Below, piece by piece: positions 36,286 to 46,372 of a DNA stretch of 64,000 nt. Position numbers and translations under genes: made by a program. Source of the stretch: an uncultured Pseudomonadota bacterium (GTDB lineage: Bacteria; Myxococcota_A; UBA796; SXON01); assembly GCA_903844155.1 (NCBI GenBank), contig CAIMSU010000113.1:96361-160360 (forward strand), read 5' to 3'. Below the pieces are notes generated by a model. The model searched no databases and was not told where the DNA came from. It was given only the letters and a program-made list of their open reading frames with translations. The stretch's first letter is position 1. Every line of letters begins with the position of its first letter.

Positions 36286-38296
36286 GCGGCGTGAGGCTAG
36301 CCCGATGACCCAGTCCGTTCGCGCCCCGTCCCTGCTCCCCCGCGGGCTCTCCCGATTCGCCCCGCTCCTCGCCCTCTCCGGGCTCGCTGTGGTCGCAAGC
36401 TGCAAGATCGACAACGGCTTGAACGGCAAGGGCACGCAGCCGCCGCCGTTCGACACGGGCACCAGCTTCGTCCCTGACACGTCCACCGCGGACAGCGGGA
36501 CGCCCGATTCCACGGTCGACTCCGTCCCAGTCCCGACGTGCAACGACGAATACTTCCCGGGCAAGACCGTCCCGCAGCTCTCCGAGTGCCAGGCCGAGAG
36601 CACCACCGTCGGCACGTTCAACCCCGTCGTCCTCTGGGACACCGAGACCTTCGCGTCCAACAGCAGCTCGGTGAGCTGCATGATGCAGCCGGTCGTCTGC
36701 AACCTCACGGACGACAACGGCGACGGCAAGATCGACGACAATGACGTGCCAGACGTCATCATCATCACCTACTCGCCCGGTGTGTTGCGCGCTCTCTCCG
36801 GTTCTGACGGCACCGAGCTCTGGGGCGCGACCGGTGGCGGGGCGATCCAGATCACCGGTGGCGCGGCGTGCGGCGACATCGACAACGACGGCATTCCCGA
36901 GGTCATCGCGGCGACCAGCAACGGCGTGGACGTGTTCGACCACAACGGGACAGAGATGTGGTCGTGGTCGGGCGGGTCCGGGCACATGGACGGCACCTCG
37001 GACAGCCCCGGCATTGCCGACATGGACCACGACGGCAACCCGGAAGTGCTGATCGGCAACTGCATCCTCGACAATACGGGAGGCAAGATCGGGTGCGGGA
37101 GCAGCGGTTGGGGCTCGTCGACGAACGTGGGCTCCGCCGCCTTCGCGGTCGACATCAACCAGGACGGCGAGCTCGATCTCGTCGCCGGCAACGCGATCTA
37201 CGACATCGACGGCAACACCGAGTGGTCCAACGGCCAGTCCGACGGCTACCCGGCCGTCGGCAACTTCGACGACGACGACAACGGCGAGATCGTCGTGACG
37301 GGCGACGCGAAGATGCGTGTGCAGGACGACGACGGCACCGTGCTCTGCAGCGCGAACATCCCGTCCGCATCAGGCGAGTACGGCGGACCGCCGACCGTCG
37401 CGGACTTTGACGGCGATGGCAAGGCCGACATCGGCGTGGCCGCAAACTCGACCTACACGGTCTTCCACAGCGACTGTTCGGTCCTCTGGCAGTACACCGG
37501 CACGACCGACCCCTCCTCCGGGAACACCGGCAGCTCCGTGTTTGATTTCGAGGGCGACGGCATCGCCGACGTCGTGTACGCCGACGAGCGCTGGGTCTGG
37601 GTCTTCAACGGCGCGGACGGCAGCGTGAAGATGCAGGACACCGAGCACTCCAACAACACCTGGCTGGAGTACCCGACGATCGCGGACATCAACGCGGACG
37701 GCTCGGCGGACATCGCGGTTTGCAACACACCCGGGTCGTGGGGCTCCAAGAACGGCGTCACCGTCTTCTCCGACGCCGACCTCTCCTGGCGCAAGGGCCG
37801 CCCCATCTGGAACCAGCACGGCTACAGCATCACCAACGTCAACGACGACGGGACGATCCCGGTCCATCAGGAGACGAACTGGTTGACCTACAACAACTTC
37901 CGATCGGGGGACCTGACCCCGGGAGTTGGCTACTCTGGGCCGGACCTGTTCGCACACATCGAGGACGTGTGTGTCACCGAGTGCGACTCTGGCAACGTCG
38001 ACCTCTGGGTGACCATCGGGAACCAGGGCTACAACGACGTGACCGACCCGTTCAACATCGACATCATCGGGCAGACCGACGCCGGTGAGGTCATCCTCGA
38101 CACCATCTCGTACACCGCGGGGGTGCCGATGGGAACGCAGACCGCCTCCATCCTCATCGAGCTGACGGGCGTGCCGAAGCCGTTGTACGACCTCCGCGCC
38201 GATGTCGACGGGGGCAACTCGACGTCGCTCTCGCAGATCTCGGAGTGCTACGAGAACAACAACGAGGACACGTGGGGCGCGGTGGTGTGTTTGTGA
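36284..38296 (+). CDS. FG-GAP/VCBS repeat beta-propeller lipoprotein
   Basis: Lipobox LSGLAVVASC. Eight DxDxDG loops (DDNGDGKIDDNDVPDVI, CGDIDNDGIPEVIAA, IADMDHDGNPEVLIG, VDINQDGELDLVAG, GNFDDDDNGEIVV, ADFDGDGKADIGVA, FDFEGDGIADVVYA, ADINADGSADIAV). Start at 36284 or 36305. Confidence 0.85.
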   Translation: MRREASPMTQSVRAPSLLPRGLSRFAPLLALSGLAVVASCKIDNGLNGKGTQPPPFDTGTSFVPDTSTADSGTPDSTVDSVPVPTCNDEYFPGKTVPQLSECQAESTTVGTFNPVVLWDTETFASNSSSVSCMMQPVVCNLTDDNGDGKIDDNDVPDVIIITYSPGVLRALSGSDGTELWGATGGGAIQITGGAACGDIDNDGIPEVIAATSNGVDVFDHNGTEMWSWSGGSGHMDGTSDSPGIADMDHDGNPEVLIGNCILDNTGGKIGCGSSGWGSSTNVGSAAFAVDINQDGELDLVAGNAIYDIDGNTEWSNGQSDGYPAVGNFDDDDNGEIVVTGDAKMRVQDDDGTVLCSANIPSASGEYGGPPTVADFDGDGKADIGVAANSTYTVFHSDCSVLWQYTGTTDPSSGNTGSSVFDFEGDGIADVVYADERWVWVFNGADGSVKMQDTEHSNNTWLEYPTIADINADGSADIAVCNTPGSWGSKNGVTVFSDADLSWRKGRPIWNQHGYSITNVNDDGTIPVHQETNWLTYNNFRSGDLTPGVGYSGPDLFAHIEDVCVTECDSGNVDLWVTIGNQGYNDVTDPFNIDIIGQTDAGEVILDTISYTAGVPMGTQTASILIELTGVPKPLYDLRADVDGGNSTSLSQISECYENNNEDTWGAVVCL

Positions 38297-38553
38297 GCCT
38301 TCGCGGGTTTTCCTGCTAGCTCGAACACCGGGTTGGCTGGCCAAGGAGAAGGCGCGACTTCGTGCCCCGCACGAAGCGTGCCTTCGACGCGGTCAGCGAC
38401 GGTCGCGCTCGCCGATCCCGGCGCAAGTATCGACAGGTCAAGGGAGGTCACGAACACGCGTCCCAGTCGGAAAGCCGAGGCGCGACAAGGAAACAACAGC
38501 CATCGCGAGCGCCGCGCGCGAGTGATGGCTGGGTTCGACGCGCCGCTCCGCGC

Positions 38554-39306
38554 CTACCCCAGCAGCTCGGCGACGAACGCGATGCCCTTCACATGCCCGT
38601 TCGCGTGCTTCGCATGCACGAGGGCGTTCGCGGTGAGGACGCCGTCATTTAGGTTCGCGGCCACGATCGCGTAGGTCTTCGCCGTCCCGCCAACGTCGAC
38701 GGAGACGCTGAACACCGAGCGTGCGCCGGCGGTCACCGGGGGCGCGGCAGGTGCGGGTGCCGAAGCAGCCTTGCCCGGAGCGGCTGCGCGGGGTTGCCGA
38801 GGCTTGCCCGCTTCCGGCCAGGAAGCGGCGATACCCCGCCGGGTACGGTAGGTTCGGACGTTCTCGGGCGTCACGTGGGCGAGCTTGGCGACCTCCGCGT
38901 CCGGCAGCCTGCCGAGCATCTCCAGGAACGCGTCGAGCGCGGATTTACGGCCGCGAAAGCTGCCTTCGGCGGCGACGGGGGCGGGTGCCGGGGCGACGGA
39001 CGCGCTGGCGGGCTTGGCGGCCGGCGCCTTTCCGGTGGCCTTCGGCGCGGGAGCCTTCGGGGCCTTCGGCGCGGCGGCCTTCGGTGCTGAGGCGGTCGAT
39101 GCCCCCTTCGCTGCGGCGGCGCGAGCGGCCGGGGGCGGGTTCTCGGGGCCGAACTTGTATCCTTCATACGCCGGGATATCGTGCTTCTTGCGGAAGCTGA
39201 TGATGAGCGAGCGGGAGACACCCGCTTCGACGGCGATCTTGTGATCCGGCTCCTTGCCAAGGCGGGAGAGGTAGGCGTCGAGCTTGTGGGTGGACTTCTT
39301 GGGCAT
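38554..39306 (-). CDS. Hypothetical protein with two HTH-like modules separated by Ala/Pro/Lys-rich linkers
   Basis: ORF 38554..39606 trimmed to ATG 39306 (MPKKSTHKLDAYLSRLG...). Internal duplication: LDAYLSRLGKEPDHKIAVEAGVSRSLIISFRKKHDIPAY versus LDAFLEMLGRLPDAEVAKLAHVTPENVRTYRTRRGIAAS. Linker AAPKAPKAPAPKATGKAPAAKPA. Confidence 0.65.
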   Translation of the reverse strand: MPKKSTHKLDAYLSRLGKEPDHKIAVEAGVSRSLIISFRKKHDIPAYEGYKFGPENPPPAARAAAAKGASTASAPKAAAPKAPKAPAPKATGKAPAAKPASASVAPAPAPVAAEGSFRGRKSALDAFLEMLGRLPDAEVAKLAHVTPENVRTYRTRRGIAASWPEAGKPRQPRAAAPGKAASAPAPAAPPVTAGARSVFSVSVDVGGTAKTYAIVAANLNDGVLTANALVHAKHANGHVKGIAFVAELLG

Positions 39307-39397
39307 GGGATCTCGATAGGGTGAAGGGTTGGCAACACATATCCCGGTGGCGCTGACTGTCCAGATGGGAGCGGTTCCCGGCATGGGCGGCGTGGTG

Positions 39398-39403
39398 TAT
39401 ACT
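39398..39403 (+). promoter_or_regulatory. TATACT -10 box exactly 6 nt upstream of ATG 39410 (leaderless-type arrangement)
   Basis: The sequence reads ggtgTATACTgcgccgATG. There is no Shine-Dalgarno. A start site 7 nt after the hexamer would fall on the A of the ATG. Confidence 0.4.
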
Positions 39404-39409
39404 GCGCCG

Positions 39410-40480
<1,071 letters not shown>

Positions 40481-40553
40481 CCACCGCACGCCTTCGCGGG
40501 TTGCACCGCGCCGGGGGGGGCGCGTATAGTGGGCGTCCCCCGATGGTGCGCGC

Positions 40554-41936
40554 ATGCGGAAGGTTTTGGCAGTTGCATTTGTACTTTTGTGCGGATGTGG
40601 CAAGCCGGTCGGAGAGGGGGATACGGCCGCCTGCGCGGACGTCTCTGCGGACTCCGCTTCGGTGCCCGCGTGCCCGAACCTGTACGACACCGCGACTCCG
40701 ACCGTGGACATCGCCGTCGACGGTCAGCGGGCCGCGATGGCCTCGGGGTCGCGCGCTCTGGCGGCGGGCGACGCGGCGGGCGCGGGGACCGATCAGGTGT
40801 ATGGGGCGGGGCGGGACGACGTCGTGGCGGTCACAGCCGGGATGCCCGACGGCATCACCGTGTGGCAGTCGGCGGACAGCGTCTGGATGACGCCTGCGGT
40901 CGGCGACATCACCGGGGACGGCGTCCCGGACCTGCTCATCGGCGCCCCGGGATCGGACGAGGGGGTCGGTCAGGTGATCGTTCTGGCCGGACCGGTCACC
41001 CGCCTTCGGACCTGGGACGACAACCCCATCACCGTGAAGGGCGCCGACACCACCGCGTTCGGGTCCGCCCCGCAGGTCGGCGACGCGACAGGGGATGGCG
41101 CCCTCGATCTGCTCGTGACGGACGGCAACGCGAGCGGGGCCCTGGTCTCGTTGTTCGCCGGGCCGGTCGATGTCGACACTGACCTCGGAGCGGCCGTCGC
41201 CACCTGGTCCGAGGACTCCCCGGACGGCGCGAGCAGCTACGGCAGCGCGGCGACGGGCCTGCTCACTGATCTCGACGGCGACGGCATCGACGACGTCGTC
41301 CTGTTCGATGCAGCGAGCTCCTCCGTCCCCGTTCGGTCGGGGTGCGACTCCGATTCCCCCGGTGCCATCGGTGTCTTCGACGGGCCAGCCGCCGGCGGGT
41401 CGTACTGGCTCGGCGACGCCGACGCGTTGCTCTTCGGCGCGGTGAATCGGGCGTTCTTCGGCTTCAGCGTCACCGGGGGCGACGTGGACGGCGACGGCTA
41501 CGGCGACCTGCTCGTGAGCGGCTACGGGGCGAACTGGCACCCCGAGCTGCAGCTCCTCGTCGGTCCGATCCGTGCGGGGGCTTCGCCGGTCGCGGAGTTT
41601 GAGGTCGGCGTCTCGGGCGTCGTGAACAGCATCGGCGATCTCGACGGCGACGGCCACGCGGACGTCATCGCGTCGGCGGGCGACACGGCGTTTGACACCG
41701 GCGATCCGTCCGGCCCGGAGGTGGACGCCTGGTACGGCCCGTTCGCCGGTTCCTACGGCGTGCTTCCGGACGGCTGCACGTACGCGGCGGACGCTCGCTG
41801 GGTGGACAGCACAGGGCTCTCGTTTGGCAATGCCGTGCTCGCCGCAGACCTCACACACTCGGGCCGGGGCACGCTGGCGGTTGGGTCCAGCGCCGCGGAC
41901 GGGACCGGCGTCATCGACCTGTGGTCTGGGCAGTGA
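40554..41936 (+). CDS. FG-GAP repeat lipoprotein
   Basis: Lipobox VAFVLLCGC. Loops GDITGDGVPDLLIGAPGSDEG, GDATGDGALDLLV, TDLDGDGIDDVVL, GGDVDGDGYGDLLVSGYG, GDLDGDGHADVIA. Confidence 0.85.
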   Translation: MRKVLAVAFVLLCGCGKPVGEGDTAACADVSADSASVPACPNLYDTATPTVDIAVDGQRAAMASGSRALAAGDAAGAGTDQVYGAGRDDVVAVTAGMPDGITVWQSADSVWMTPAVGDITGDGVPDLLIGAPGSDEGVGQVIVLAGPVTRLRTWDDNPITVKGADTTAFGSAPQVGDATGDGALDLLVTDGNASGALVSLFAGPVDVDTDLGAAVATWSEDSPDGASSYGSAATGLLTDLDGDGIDDVVLFDAASSSVPVRSGCDSDSPGAIGVFDGPAAGGSYWLGDADALLFGAVNRAFFGFSVTGGDVDGDGYGDLLVSGYGANWHPELQLLVGPIRAGASPVAEFEVGVSGVVNSIGDLDGDGHADVIASAGDTAFDTGDPSGPEVDAWYGPFAGSYGVLPDGCTYAADARWVDSTGLSFGNAVLAADLTHSGRGTLAVGSSAADGTGVIDLWSGQ

Positions 41937-41975
41937 CGCTCCCCGATGCCGTGCTGCCGGCGTCGTGGCGGTGAG

Positions 41976-42752
41976 CTACTGCATGGCCGCCCGGACAGAT
42001 TCCCCGACCGGGCCGGGCCCCGGACCGTCACGCCCATCGAGCCGTACGACCGGCGCCAGCTCCTTCAGCGTGCTGCAGAGGTAGAGCTCGTCCCACAGTT
42101 CCGCGGCTGACGGCGCCTCTTCGTGGACCGTGACACCCAGCGAACGCGCCGCCGCCAGCACCCGCGCTCGCGTCACCCCCGCGAGGATCCGCCCGTCGAG
42201 CGGCGCCGTCCACAGCTCGCCGCCCCGGATCGCGATCAGGTTGGAACGGTTCGCCTCCGTCCAACAGCCCGCTTCGTCGCGCCAGATCACCTCGTCCACG
42301 GGCTCTCCAAGCGTGCGCGAGGCCTGACGGACGGCCAACAGCCAACCAACGCGGCTGGTGTGCTTCACGTGCCCCGGGAGCCAGGGAATTGGCGCCACGG
42401 GCATCGTTGCGCAGCGCGCGGGGGCGCCGATGCGGGCGAGGTCCAGGGGGAGCGCGCGCAGGAGGCGCTGGCTCTCGGTCAGCAGCACGTTCAACTTGAG
42501 GTCGCCGCTGGGCTCGGTGGCGGCGAGGCCGCGAAGCTCACGCTCGGTAGCGGCCCGGTCCCAGGCCCACCCGAAGAACGCCGCGCTGGACGCGAGGCGA
42601 TCGAGGTGGTCGTCGAGGCAGAGGACGCGCCGGCCGGACGCCGTCGTAACGGTGCGAAGCGTCTCAAAGACGCCAGCGCCGGTCCAAAGCGCGCCGTCGT
42701 CCACGTCGAAGCCGCCGGGGACGAGCGGCTGCCCGCCCAACAGGGTGGTCAC
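41976..42752 (-). CDS. Class IV aminotransferase-fold protein (aminodeoxychorismate lyase/PabC-like)
   Basis: GTG start overlapping the upstream stop (GTGA). GVFETLRT, SNLIAIRGGELWTAPLDGRILAGVTRARVL patterns. 258 aa. Confidence 0.75.
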   Translation of the reverse strand: MTTLLGGQPLVPGGFDVDDGALWTGAGVFETLRTVTTASGRRVLCLDDHLDRLASSAAFFGWAWDRAATERELRGLAATEPSGDLKLNVLLTESQRLLRALPLDLARIGAPARCATMPVAPIPWLPGHVKHTSRVGWLLAVRQASRTLGEPVDEVIWRDEAGCWTEANRSNLIAIRGGELWTAPLDGRILAGVTRARVLAAARSLGVTVHEEAPSAAELWDELYLCSTLKELAPVVRLDGRDGPGPGPVGESVRAAMQ

Positions 42753-45424
42753 TCGCCGTCCTCCGCGTCGTTCGCTCCCGGGATGCCCGTCGGGACCTGC
42801 ATGGCTTTTGCCCGCAGCGAATCAACCGAAACGGGCTGGTCCATGCCGTCTGCCGCGGCGACGGGCATCGGGTTGGGTGTCCCTGGCGGGCGCAGGCTCG
42901 GCATGCCGGCCATGCGCATGACCTCGCGCTCGTCGTCAGTGTAGCCGGCCTTGACGTCGGGCGGCAGGGTGGGGTCCTTGCGCGCGGCCATCAGCCACTG
43001 GTAGACCGCGGAGAGCGCGTGGTGGACGTAGTCGATGCGGACCTTGGGCTCGTTCATGGCGTAGCGGATGCCGCCGAGGACCATGTCGGGACGCGAGTAG
43101 GCGTGCGTGTCGAGGTTGTCGTGCTGCATCTGCAGGGCAAAGCGCACGGTCTCACGGGAGTGCTTTTCAAAGTACGCGGATTGCGTAGTATCCATGCGGA
43201 TCGCCATGTCGTAGGCCGCGGAGGTGCCCTCGCCGTAGCAGAACGCCTGCATCGCCGGCAGCTCACCCTCAAACTTGTAGTAGCCGCCGACGTAGTCGGG
43301 GAACGGGGCGTTCTCCTGGGTGTATTCGTAGCTGTCGATCATCCAGCGGGCGACGTCGAGGCCGAACTTTGCGACATCGTGCGCGTGGGGGACGGCGCGG
43401 GTGTAGGCGCTCGCGGCCATGACGGTCCAGGGGCCGAACTGCACAAGATCAAGGCGGGTTTCGTTGTCGTAGATGTACGCAGGCCAGGGGCCGACGTTTG
43501 ACTTCTTGGCCGCGCGCTCTGCGTACCACTGCTCGTAGTGCGCGAAGAACTTCGGCAATCCGGCGAGATAGCTGGGATCGTGGAAATACTCTGAGAGATA
43601 CACCAGCGAAAGCGCCGCTTCCCCCGGCACGATGTCGTTGACAGAGGTGTAGTACGGGTGGTCCTTGGGGACGTGGTAGCCGGCGAAGCTCCCGTCTGCG
43701 CGTTGCATGAACTCGACAAACCGTCCCTGCTGGCGCATCAGGTCGTCGTACTGATGGTCGTTTGTCTGGCGTGCGACCTCGATCATCCCGAGCAGGCCGA
43801 CGACGACGCTGCCGAGCTTGGTGTTCTTGTCGTAGGTGTAGTACGCCATCCCGTTTTTCAGGATGTCGTCCTTCATCGGGCTCGCGTTCACGGCGTCCAA
43901 CTCCCAGCCCTTGAGGTTGGAATGGTCGCGGATCTGCAAGGATTGAAGCGTCCAGTTCTGCGCTCGGATGGCACCCGACAGGAACTCGGGCCGCGGGTCC
44001 AGCGTATATGCCTCCCAGAGATTCCAGGTCGCCAACGTGTGCCGAACATGGTTGTCCTCGTTGGAGAACCGTGCCTCCTCGGGCCAGTATTTGTAGACGA
44101 CTGCGCCGTCCGGCTTCAGGCTGCGGATGTACCACTCCGCGGCCATCAGCACCGAGTCGCGGGCCGAGTCAACGTTGACGTCACTGAGCGGAACCGGCGT
44201 TGTCCCTCGGTAGAAGGGGATCACGCCATGGGACTGGATCGTGGCGGTCGGGTCGCCGGGCTTGGACGGGTCGGGCACGGTCTTGACGACCTCCACCCAA
44301 TGGATGTCCCGGATCAGGTCCAGATCCACGGCGGCGTCCTTCCACGGCTTGACGCTGTCCCACTTGAATTGTCGGGCTTCGGCCTTGAGGAACTGCGCAG
44401 CGGTCGTGTAGCCGCGCACTGCGGCGACGGAGCCCGGAAAGACGCCGCTTTGCCCGTTCTTGCCGGCCTTCTTCTCCTCAGCCGTCGGCTTTTGGACGAA
44501 AACCGCGCCGTCCACGCCCATCTCAAACAGGTCCTCGATCTTGTCATCGTCGCGCGGGATGACCCACGCGCGCTCGGTGATGCGGTGCATCTCGAGCTGG
44601 TAGCCGGGCATGGCGAGCTTCAGGATGGGAAAGCCAAGGGTCTCGCGGTCGCGGCGGTACATGGACTCCAGATCGTTCACGGTCTCGATCAGCGCCTTGT
44701 CGAGCGTCAAGCCGGAGGCCAACGAGATCGCGAGCTCCGAGCCCTGGCCCCGCACCGTCGTCACCAGGTTCCAGTCCTTCCGCTCTGCCTTTTGCTCGGG
44801 AAAGGCCGGCGGGCTCTTGCCCTCGAGCACGTCGCGCACCCAGTGGATCGCGGGACTCGCGATGTCGGGTGGGAAGGCGAGTGGCTTGTCGACGAGCAGG
44901 TAGACGAACGCACCGTCCTCGACGCCTGCGAGCTCAAAAAAGTGCAGATCGTCGTGGTGGACGAGGCGGGACAGCACGCGCTGGTCGCGGTCGAAGCTGG
45001 GGCCGATGTCGCTGTGCACGATGAGGATGCGGGCGTCGGTCTTGCGGAGCATCGTCGAGAGCGCCTGCTCGTCCGTCCCCATGAGCGCGGTGCGGTAGGC
45101 GGGGTCGCGCAGGTCGATGGCTTTTACCGCAGGATCGAGGCCGTCAAAAGTCCCAGGAACGTCGACGACGACGGGCGCGTTGATCTTCTTGATCAGCGCC
45201 TGGGACTTCTCCGAGAGCGGGACCTCCGGGGCGGCGGCCCAGGCAGCATCGGCACGAGCGGCGTAGTCCGCGCCCTGGACGAGGATCCCGGAGCCGGAGC
45301 CGGTGGCCTGGACGACACCGCCGACGGTGGACGGGGTGCACGCGCCGACGCTCGAGAGCGCGACGAGGGCGAGCAGGCCGGACAACAGGAGCGGGCGGGA
45401 CGACGGGGACAACGTGAACCTCAA
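42749..45424 (-). CDS. Large lipoprotein of unknown function (possible AMMECR1-like middle segment, helical-repeat C-terminal half)
   Basis: TTG start. Signal MRFTLSPSSRPLLLSGLLALVALSSVGAC. The segment GVDGAVFVQ...GQSGVFPGSVA...TTAAQFLKAEARQ resembles the AMMECR1 core by eye (weak). The C-terminal ~450 aa are helix-rich with recurrent W/Y motifs. Confidence 0.6.
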   Translation of the reverse strand: MRFTLSPSSRPLLLSGLLALVALSSVGACTPSTVGGVVQATGSGSGILVQGADYAARADAAWAAAPEVPLSEKSQALIKKINAPVVVDVPGTFDGLDPAVKAIDLRDPAYRTALMGTDEQALSTMLRKTDARILIVHSDIGPSFDRDQRVLSRLVHHDDLHFFELAGVEDGAFVYLLVDKPLAFPPDIASPAIHWVRDVLEGKSPPAFPEQKAERKDWNLVTTVRGQGSELAISLASGLTLDKALIETVNDLESMYRRDRETLGFPILKLAMPGYQLEMHRITERAWVIPRDDDKIEDLFEMGVDGAVFVQKPTAEEKKAGKNGQSGVFPGSVAAVRGYTTAAQFLKAEARQFKWDSVKPWKDAAVDLDLIRDIHWVEVVKTVPDPSKPGDPTATIQSHGVIPFYRGTTPVPLSDVNVDSARDSVLMAAEWYIRSLKPDGAVVYKYWPEEARFSNEDNHVRHTLATWNLWEAYTLDPRPEFLSGAIRAQNWTLQSLQIRDHSNLKGWELDAVNASPMKDDILKNGMAYYTYDKNTKLGSVVVGLLGMIEVARQTNDHQYDDLMRQQGRFVEFMQRADGSFAGYHVPKDHPYYTSVNDIVPGEAALSLVYLSEYFHDPSYLAGLPKFFAHYEQWYAERAAKKSNVGPWPAYIYDNETRLDLVQFGPWTVMAASAYTRAVPHAHDVAKFGLDVARWMIDSYEYTQENAPFPDYVGGYYKFEGELPAMQAFCYGEGTSAAYDMAIRMDTTQSAYFEKHSRETVRFALQMQHDNLDTHAYSRPDMVLGGIRYAMNEPKVRIDYVHHALSAVYQWLMAARKDPTLPPDVKAGYTDDEREVMRMAGMPSLRPPGTPNPMPVAAADGMDQPVSVDSLRAKAMQVPTGIPGANDAEDGE

Positions 45425-45489
45425 GGGCTGCGCGCGGTATCAAGAAACCGGCTCGCCCGGGGGTCAATCTCAGCCTCCCGCCTCCAGCC

Positions 45490-45873
45490 TCACTCCACGT
45501 CCATCTCCGCGTGCCATTCCGTGCCCTCGTCACACGAGATGTCCGCCGTGGTCAAGGCGATCGCGCTCTGCCCGACGAAGTCGTAGGTGTACTTGGGGCC
45601 GTCTGTCGAGAGGTTCGTGTAGATGGGGTCGTTGGGGACGTCGATGCCGTCGCCGAGCGAGAGCGCACAGTCGGGAAGCTCGCGGCTGACGTGCAGATCG
45701 AGGTAGATGTGGCCGTCGTCCGGGCTGGACGTGTCAACCGCGACGGACCAGTAGCCACAGGTGTCCGCCTCGGAGAGGACGCCCGATGGCGAAGTCGAGC
45801 TTCCGGGGAACGTGCAGGGCGGTGATCCGCCGCACGCGGACAGCGCAGCGACAGCAAGAAGCACCGGTCGCAT
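45490..45873 (-). CDS. Small lipoprotein, unknown function
   Basis: MRPVLLAVAALSAC lipobox. ATG 45873 overlaps the upstream stop (TGATG); GTG 45876 is an alternative start. Four further Cys residues. Confidence 0.6.
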   Translation of the reverse strand: MRPVLLAVAALSACGGSPPCTFPGSSTSPSGVLSEADTCGYWSVAVDTSSPDDGHIYLDLHVSRELPDCALSLGDGIDVPNDPIYTNLSTDGPKYTYDFVGQSAIALTTADISCDEGTEWHAEMDVE

Positions 45874-46322
45874 CACGGGTTCACAAGGCAGGCGCTCTGC
45901 AGCGGGATCCGCTTGTCGGTCGCCTGACCCGTTTGCAGGTACGCCAGCACCGTGACCTGCTGACCCTCCTCAACCTTCGCGAAAGCGGCGGCGTTGGCGT
46001 CCGGAAAGTAGGCCTGGACCTTGCCCTTTCCGATGGGTCCAGAGCGCAGGCCGATGAACGCCCCGCCGTCGTCTCGGCTCACGCGCGTTGCCTCGCCGGT
46101 CACCTGCAGCAGCTTCTGGCCGCCGTACGCCGTCTCGGCTTGGAGCACGTTGCCCCCAAAGGCCGCGACCAGCTCGTTCGGCGCGACCGTCACCCGCTCC
46201 TTCGGCGGGTTCGCACAGTCGAATTCGGGCGTGCCCGTCATCCTCGCCACGTCCCCGCAGGCGAGGGTGGCGAGCGTCAGCACGGTGGACAAAACGAGGA
46301 GGGCCGGAGGATGTCGTCGCAT
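45873..46322 (-). CDS. OB-fold (tRNA_anti-like family) lipoprotein
   Basis: ORF 45873..46646 trimmed to ATG 46322 (MRRHPPALLVLSTVLTLATLAC). Pattern NELVAAFGGNVLQAETAYGGQKLLQVTGEATRV...GQQVTVLAYLQTG fits the tRNA_anti-like OB-fold family by eye. GATACG-N8 lies upstream. Confidence 0.6.
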   Translation of the reverse strand: MRRHPPALLVLSTVLTLATLACGDVARMTGTPEFDCANPPKERVTVAPNELVAAFGGNVLQAETAYGGQKLLQVTGEATRVSRDDGGAFIGLRSGPIGKGKVQAYFPDANAAAFAKVEEGQQVTVLAYLQTGQATDKRIPLQSACLVNP

Positions 46323-46330
46323 CGGCGCGA

Positions 46331-46336
46331 CGTATC
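46331..46336 (-). promoter_or_regulatory. GATACG box 8 nt upstream of ATG 46322 (TA at -12/-11)
   Basis: The minus strand reads gggGATACGtcgcgccgATG, with no Shine-Dalgarno. Confidence 0.3.
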
Positions 46337-46372
46337 CCCCGGCCCCCGTGCCGGCGACGCGGGTCGGCGCGC

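Noticed and set aside
38358-38376. Hairpin cttcgtgc-ccc-gcacgaag downstream of the FG-GAP gene, and the gccatc...gatggc inverted repeat at 38499..38530 downstream of the minus-strand HTH-like gene, considered as intrinsic terminators.
   Set aside because: The stems are short or imperfect and lack U-tracts. They are plausible but too weak to annotate as features.
40525-40530. TATAGT box upstream of the FG-GAP gene at 40554, considered as a leaderless promoter.
   Set aside because: It lies 23 nt from the ATG, so it does not fit the -12/-11 pattern. It may still be an ordinary -10 element with a short leader, but this is unsupported.
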